Shown piece by piece: positions 21,071-27,069 of a DNA stretch of 27,069 nt. The stretch spans positions 1,712,823-1,739,891 of the forward strand of contig NC_057754.1 of assembly GCF_004010195.1 (NCBI RefSeq), in the 5' to 3' direction. The stretch's first letter is position 1. Every line of letters begins with the position of its first letter. This stretch comes from Chiloscyllium plagiosum (Eukaryota). A model generated the notes under the pieces. That model made no database searches. It saw only the letters and a list, made by a program, of their open reading frames with translations, and was not told where the DNA came from. Made by a program: the position numbers and the translations under genes.

Positions 21071-23439
21071 AAAATACATTCTTTATCTCTCTCAACCAAG
21101 TAACGGGATAACACTGTCAGATGTAACAGTTGGATTTCAACAGAGAAAGCTCATCAAACATCCTTTACCATAATGCACACTGATATAGCAAATGACTTTT
21201 GAAGATCCATCTTTCATAAAGAGGCTACACAGCTTTACAACCATTTTGTAAAATATAAACATTTAAATCAATATTTTATCAGTATGTAATGGTGAGCTAG
21301 GTGAAGTATTTCTGAAGTAACAAAGGGTCCCACTTGATGCACTGAAGTATTATAGTCTTTTGATACCCAATATACTACTGTGAATGTCTAGCATTTCCTA
21401 CATATTGTTTTTTATTTCATATTTCTAAATTTTAAATTCTTTTTTACCTTGGTAAAACACAGCTCACTAGATTGTCTTCACCTACAACCCAGTGTTTCCT
21501 CACATGCTGTCAAATAAACTAACCACGTGAGGTATCCATCGCTTCATCTATGAATGGTAAAAGCAGCTTCAGAGAAATACTGGCAATTCCCCCTGATGTG
21601 AGGCTGACCCATGATGGGAAAGGTTTAATCTCTGCTGCAGTTTAGGTTGAAGACAGCAGTGAGAATTGTAGAATTTTACAACACAGAAAAGAACTTTGGA
21701 CCCACTAACTCTGCAATGATGTTCATCTTTATGTGAGCCAGCTACACTCCAGGCCTCTCCTTATACTCTTTCACATATGTCTTTTAAAAGTACTGTCTGA
21801 TCTCCTGACAGAAAATTCATGGACCCTTCCCAACAGCTGTTTAAGATAGAGTACTTGCATTTTAATCATCCACTTTGTCAGCAATTATTTTCCCTAAACT
21901 TTGTCTTTTTAATCCTTTCTTCACTTGTAGGTCTGAATTTTTGTGGAGATGGAAGGAATCTCTGGCTAAGCCAAAATAGCATAAGAGCCACAATTCCAGA
22001 AGTTCCAACCCTAAATCTGGCATCCACCATTTTTGGAGGCTGGTATTTTTTGCACTATTATGATTTATGGAGGCATTTTCACATATTAAAGAGCAGCTGC
22101 CTTCAAACAAATCCAATTCTTGTGACTAGGATGTCTAAAACACGACTTGTATGCTTTTCATTTTTCAGGAGAATATCCAAACATAGCAGAGATTTTTGGT
22201 GAGGTACAGTATTATTTTTTAATAAGTTCGGGGACCTGTTTGGGAAAGGTCATGTGTCTTTAGGAGATGTTAGATGTCTCCTGGGTTTGTTCAACTTAGG
22301 CATGAATGTACATAAAAAGGGGATATTCTCAATGGAATTATCAATCTACCAAGGCATCTAAATTCTCTTGGAGTAGTCAAACTCTCAAGGCATTTAAAAT
22401 TTCTGACTTTCAAGTTAAAAGAAGGCTGCTTTTTCAAAAAAAAATCAATGCTTGCTACTTAACTCTGAATGTTGACACAAGCCTGAGAGCTACCATTGTA
22501 GGATCTGAGCTGCATGGCTGATTTTAAAGCATGTGGTTATCACAGTGGGATGCCTTTCAATTCACAGTTTGATTTAAAGCTCCAAGTGGTTGAACAAATC
22601 TTTGATGAGGGACAACAAAATACGGTATTTATAATGCTTGTATTCACAAGGGATTAATTAGTTGATAGAATTTAAATGTGTATTTTTTAAATAAATGAGC
22701 GTGTTGTATTTTTAAATAGTGATGTCATCAGTAGAGACTTAGAACTTTATTTCATTTTATCTCAGCATGCCTGAGGTCTGACTATGATAGATTCTAGGTG
22801 AATTGTCATGGAAGGTGTAAAGGAAAGGGGGACGTAGATAGGCATCGAGGCTCCATGGGGGTTTGGGTACAGTGGTGTAGATTGGCATGAAGCATATGAA
22901 AGATCATGGAAGTGGGTAGAGATGCATCGATTAGCATAGTTAGTATGAAAGGTCATGAGGAGGTCGATGGGAGGCATAAGCCGGTTAGAATGGAGCCTGG
23001 GATTGTATAGGTACTGAAGTTTAGGGTTGTTTTTTGCCCCCGCTTATTTTCCAGCTGGTATAATGCTTCTCTGAGGCAGTCCAACTTACAACAGGCAGTC
23101 CCTGTTACTGTCTTTGTAGCTTTTTGGGGTCAGTGGGCCCAACTACAGCTAAGACTCATCCCGACTTCCCCACCCTTGGATCAAACAAATTAACTTTGTG
23201 GGACATTTTTTCTTTATGGGGTTTATGGATTTGGAATTTTCAAAAGGAGGAATACAAATCCAGGCTTGAATTATGGGAGAGAGTAAACTGTGGGGTTCAG
23301 GTGGAAAACAAAGACATTTGTGGCTTGTTTCTGAGCTGTAATTTCATTTAGATGCATGAACAGGAAATATTGTAATTGGCTTGAAGCGTTTTGGGACTCT
23401 GTTCAAACATTACAGAACTGCAAAACAATGAGTCATCTT

Positions 23440-24222
23440 ACTCAGTCTAGGTCCAGTAAGAATCTTTAGCTGTCTTGAGTCCGCATTCTGGCAGCAACTA
23501 CAATGGCTAGCCGGCCAGGATCCTGAAGTCAATTTTAACCATTTGGCCAAGCCTTGGCTTTGTTTTGGAATTTTGCTATAGGCCAACCTAGAATTTCTCT
23601 GATTGGGATGTGTCCTGAGTGAGGCTATGCAATTGCTTGCACTCAAGTGGGGTTCCCCAAGCTCAGTGAGACTGGCAAGGGTGTCTACTTTCATTAGAAT
23701 ATTCTGCAACTCATATGCTCCACTTGCCACATTTTCCAATGATAAAGCTAGTTGTAGCACCTGTTTGAAGTCTAGTTAGGCTTCAGCTATTAGGTGCTTT
23801 TGCAAAGTTACATCATTAATCCCGCACATCAACCGGTTTCTTAGCATCTCATTAAGAGTAAAATCAAAGTCTCTTGCTTCTGCCTATCTTAACCTAATGA
23901 AAAATCTCAGTACAGGTTCCCCATATTTTTGGATTGCTGAGGAAAAATGATAGCATCTCAGAATTAGAGGAAGCTTGGGGTCATAATCTTCCTTAACTAT
24001 GTCTGTCAATTCTTGAAAGATTTTAGTAATATCTGGTGCCTCAGGGAAAGTTAGGTTCCTAATAACAGAAAAAGCTGCGGCTTCACGGGCTATTAGGAGA
24101 ATTATTTGTTGCTTTTCCTCTGCCATAATGACATTTGCCTTAAAAAATAACATTCTTTCTACATAGTGGGTCCAGTCCTCAATGGCAATGTCGATCGAGT
24201 CAAGCTTCCCAATCAAAAGCAT
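23440..24222 (-). pseudogene. Gypsy/Ty3 gag relic
   Basis: MLLIGKLDSIDIAIEDWTHYVERM..FQELTDIVKEDYDPK..RLR*AEARDF..LNEMLRNRLMCGIND..QKHLIAEA*LDFKQVLQLALSLE is one frame with two stops joining two listed ORFs. Gypsy gag motifs; no pol follows. Confidence 0.85.
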
Positions 24223-24231
24223 GATGTAAGA

Positions 24232-24611
24232 CATTGGGGCACAGACAGCCTCACACAGTGCACCTCACCCCTTCAATGCATTATCTGAGTTGACATGACA
24301 CTTATTGTTAAAGTTCACTTGAGAATGTAACTTTAAAAAAGGTTCTGGGATTTACATGTGAAAGAAGTGAAGCCAACATGGTCATTCTAAAAGATGAGAG
24401 ATGTAACAAACAATTCAGATGTTTTTCAATATATAATTACATCACACTGTAAACTTTTGCTATAAATGCTGTGCCTTTCGATCTTATACTCCACAATCAC
24501 CTGATGAAGGAGAGAGCTCTGAAAGCCAGTGCTTCCAAATAAACCTGTTGGACTGTAACCTGGTGTTGTGTGATTTGTAATTTTGTACACCCCAGTCCAA
24601 CACCGGCATCT
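24232..24611 (+). mobile_element. Second Penelope-like family 3' end, inserted in the Gypsy leader
   Basis: Hammerhead-like motif at 24498-24531, AATAAA at 24538, and terminal inverted repeat TGTTGGACTG / CAGTCCAACA. Lies between the gag start and the LTR. Confidence 0.75.
24498..24531 (+). ncRNA. Degenerate minimal hammerhead ribozyme motif
   Basis: CAC-CTGATGA-A-GGAG-AGAG-CTCT-GAAA-GC-CA-GTG: helix I CAC/GTG and helix II GGAG/CTCT. The conserved U16.1 position is C. Confidence 0.55.
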
Positions 24612-24679
24612 TAGGAAGTGCTTACCCCAATTCAGATGACTGTTGCGAGTGAGTTTCTTCAGGAATGTGCTTCATTCTC

Positions 24680-24901
24680 AACTCCACATTAGCTGGTCAC
24701 CAAGTCAGCCTTTATTTACACTTGAAGAATCCTTCACCTTAGTACTGCCTCTTAAGTGTTGGCTATCAGAAAGCCAGAATTTCTGACACTCGTCTTTTTA
24801 TCTGTCAGCAAGGGGTTCTTGATTGGACCAGGTTAACAGCCTCAATCAGAGAATTTCATTTCTATGAGGTCCAGTTGGCTGGCCTCATTACTATTCTTAC
24901 A
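24680..24901 (-). mobile_element. 5' LTR of the Gypsy element
   Basis: Minus strand starts TGTAAG at 24901 and has TGATTG..CCAATCA, a TATA-like GATAAAAA and AATAAA in LTR order upstream of gag. The 3' CA and PBS are not intact. Confidence 0.65.
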
Positions 24902-24939
24902 CTTACGTCATTCCACATTATTGGATCGAAAACAACCTG

Positions 24940-25559
24940 CTAGAGCATTGAATATAGAAATTGGGAGGTCATTTTGTGGCTGTACAGGACATTGGTTAGA
25001 CCCACTTTTGGAATACTGTGTGCAATTCTGGTCTCCCTCCTATCGGAAGAATGTTGTGAAACTTGAAAGGGTTCTGAAAAGATTTACAAGGATGTTGCCA
25101 GGGTTGGAGGATTTGAGCTACAGGGAGAGGCTGAACAGGCTGGGGCTGTTTTCCCTGGAGGGTCAGAGGCTGAGGGATGACCTTATAGAGGTTTACAAAA
25201 TCATGAGGGGCATGGTTAGGATAAATAGACAAGGTCTTTTCCCTGGGGTGGGGGAGTCCAGAACTAGAGGGGTATAGGTTCAGGGTGAGAGGGGAAAGAT
25301 TTAAAAGAGACCTAAGGGGCAATTTTTTTCATACAGAGGGTGGTGCTTGTATGGAATGAGCTGCGAGAGGAAGTGGTGGAGGCTGATACAATTACAACAT
25401 TTAAAAGGCATCTGGATGGGTAAATGAATAGGAAGGGTTTAGAAAGATGTGGGTCAAGTTCTGGCAAATGGGACTAGATTAGGTTAGGATATCTGGTTGG
25501 CATGAACGAATTGGAACTGAAGGATCTGTTTCCGTGCTATACATCTCTATGACTCTATG
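24940..25559 (+). mobile_element. CR1 LINE 3' fragment
   Basis: LEYCVQFWSPSYRK..LERVLKRFTRMLPGLEDLSYRERLNRLGLFSLE..LIEVYKIMRG and tail CTCTATGACTCTATG. Confidence 0.95.
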
Positions 25560-25618
25560 TGCCTGGGTAGGTTTTGCAATGGTGCAATGGTACGAACCAA
25601 TATACTGATAAGCGTGTT

Positions 25619-26005
25619 CGTACAAACATACAAACAAGGAACAAGAGTAGGCTGCTTGACCCTTTGAGCCCCCTCTGCTATTCGATAAGATCATGGCTGA
25701 TCTGATTTTAACCTCAACTCTACATTCCTGCATATGCCCGAGAATCTTTCATTCCCTTGGGAACAGAAAATCTATCTACTTCTTCCTCAAAAATACTTAT
25801 AGATTCTGCATCCACTGCCATTTGAAAAAGGGCATCTGAGAGAAAACTTGTTTAAACTAGCATGCGTATGTCCCCTAGTTTTAGGTTCTTGCACAAGAGG
25901 AAATATCCTTTCAACATCTATTTGGTCAAGTTCCCTCAGGATCTTAAGTGTTTTAATTAAGTCGCCTCTGACGCTTCTAAACTCAAAAGAATACAGGCCT
26001 AGCCC
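25619..26005 (-). mobile_element. CR1 LINE 3' end (different subfamily)
   Basis: LGLYSFEFRSVRGDLIKTLKIL..IDVERIFPL..TRGH on the minus strand, with a TTTGTATG-type tail. Confidence 0.85.
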
Positions 26006-26222
26006 ATCTGGCGTTTGATATGGGATGGTCCAACTACTTGAGCGTTCTGCGACAACTAGCCCCGACTTATCCTTCGTACTTTGCTGTAATACATCGATAG
26101 ATTTTTTTTTGCTGGTTTGCAAGTTATCTTATCTGATATCCACACTCTATATCTCCCCTGATCTTTTAGGTGTGGGTGATTGTCCATGGATTCTCCTTTC
26201 TCCTGCTCATTTAAGCACTGCA

Positions 26223-26351
26223 GACAGTCTCCTTTTACTTGCACTCATTTATTCCTTTATTCATTCATTCATTCAGGTGTTGGTGACAGTCTCCTCTTTC
26301 TCACTCATTCATTCATTCATTTGTTCATTCATTTATTTGGGTGACTGTCTC
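26223..26351. repeat. Duplicated unit of about 60 bp containing (ATTC)n
   Basis: GAC(A/T)GTCTC anchors near 26223, 26285 and 26343, separated by ACTCATT(CATT)n tracts. Confidence 0.75.
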
Positions 26352-26487
26352 TAATCCCTCGCTTATCCTGTCTTTAAGTGCTGGGCAATGAAGACCATTG
26401 CCTCCCACATACCTGGTAACTGTTTTCAGGCCCTCCTTTCTCCCACTGTTTTATGTGCTGCTGACTGTCTCAATGTTCCTTCTCTGT

Positions 26488-26648
26488 TACTGGATCAAAA
26501 TCCTGAAATTCCTTCCCTCACGGCATTGTGGGTGTATGGACTACAATGGTTCAAAAAGGTAGCCCACCACCACCTTCTCAAGGGCAATTAGGGATGGGCA
26601 ATAAATGCTGGCCCAGCCAGAAATGCCCCTGTCCCCTGAATAAATTAA
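26488..26648 (+). mobile_element. Old LINE 3' tail, same family as 1295-1592
   Basis: TCAAAATCCTGAAATTCC..CACCACCTTCTCAAGGGCAATTAGGGATGGGCAATAAATGCTGG. Confidence 0.7.
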
Positions 26649-26679
26649 ACACCATCTATGCTTCCACCAACCTAGTATA

Positions 26680-26958
26680 CACCAATGCTCCAAATCATTA
26701 CCAGTCTTTATATTTCTTCATCTCATATCCCTTCATTTCTTGCACAAGATCTCAAATCTGTTAACCCTAGTTCTATCATCAGCTAATGGGAAGTGGTTTA
26801 CTTTGTCTACCTTATTTAAATGTAATCATACTCTTGCGCAGCATACCAAATCTCCTTTATTCTGAGGAAACCTGTTCCAGCTTCTCCAACCCAAACCTTG
26901 ACACGATAATCCCTCATCTCTGGAACCTTTCTGTTAAATCCTCCCGCACCCTCTCAAC
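26680..26958 (-). mobile_element. Decayed CR1 3' fragment
   Basis: Minus strand reads ERVREDLTERFQR / LEKLEQ-like and TRV, the C-terminal CR1 ORF2 pattern, heavily decayed. Confidence 0.5.
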
Positions 26959-26968
26959 AACACTCAAA

Positions 26969-27069
26969 TAGAGTCATAGAGATATTCAGCATGGAAACAG
27001 ACCCTTCGGTCCAACCCGTCCGTGCCGACCAAATATCCCAACCCAATCTAGTCCCACCTGCCAGCACCC
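26969..27069 (-). mobile_element. Young CR1 3' tail, cut by the window edge
   Basis: Reverse complement of 18501-18600, ending CTCTATGACTCTA. Confidence 0.9.

Noticed and set aside
22780..23200. Purine-rich stretch with recurring (G)CATG
   Set aside because: No regular period. It is probably the interior of a decayed DNA element whose ends I cannot define.

Overview
AT-rich, CpG-depleted vertebrate non-coding DNA (intronic or intergenic). It is almost certainly from a cartilaginous fish (shark), judged from an HE1-type V-SINE and the CR1, L2 and Penelope repeat types. I can recognise no intact host protein-coding gene, rRNA or tRNA, and every recognisable ORF is a transposon relic. The window holds several CR1 LINE fragments of different ages (one contains a 288-N gap), L2 tails, tRNA-derived SINEs, a decayed Gypsy gag with its LTR, a probable solo LTR, a PIF/Harbinger relic with a Myb/SANT-like ORF remnant, a Tc1/mariner-type MITE and minisatellites, with much nesting. 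The most notable signal is a set of Penelope-type pseudo-LTR insertions carrying minimal hammerhead-ribozyme motifs. One copy has an intact core and a perfect 17-bp target duplication; another is an 89-bp-arm palindrome with a perfect 19-bp duplication. Other candidates are an orphan C/D-box snoRNA-like sequence, a triple hairpin, a GC-rich Rex/Babar-tailed element with periodic internal motifs, and possible small exons. All family names come from recognition by eye, not database searches.
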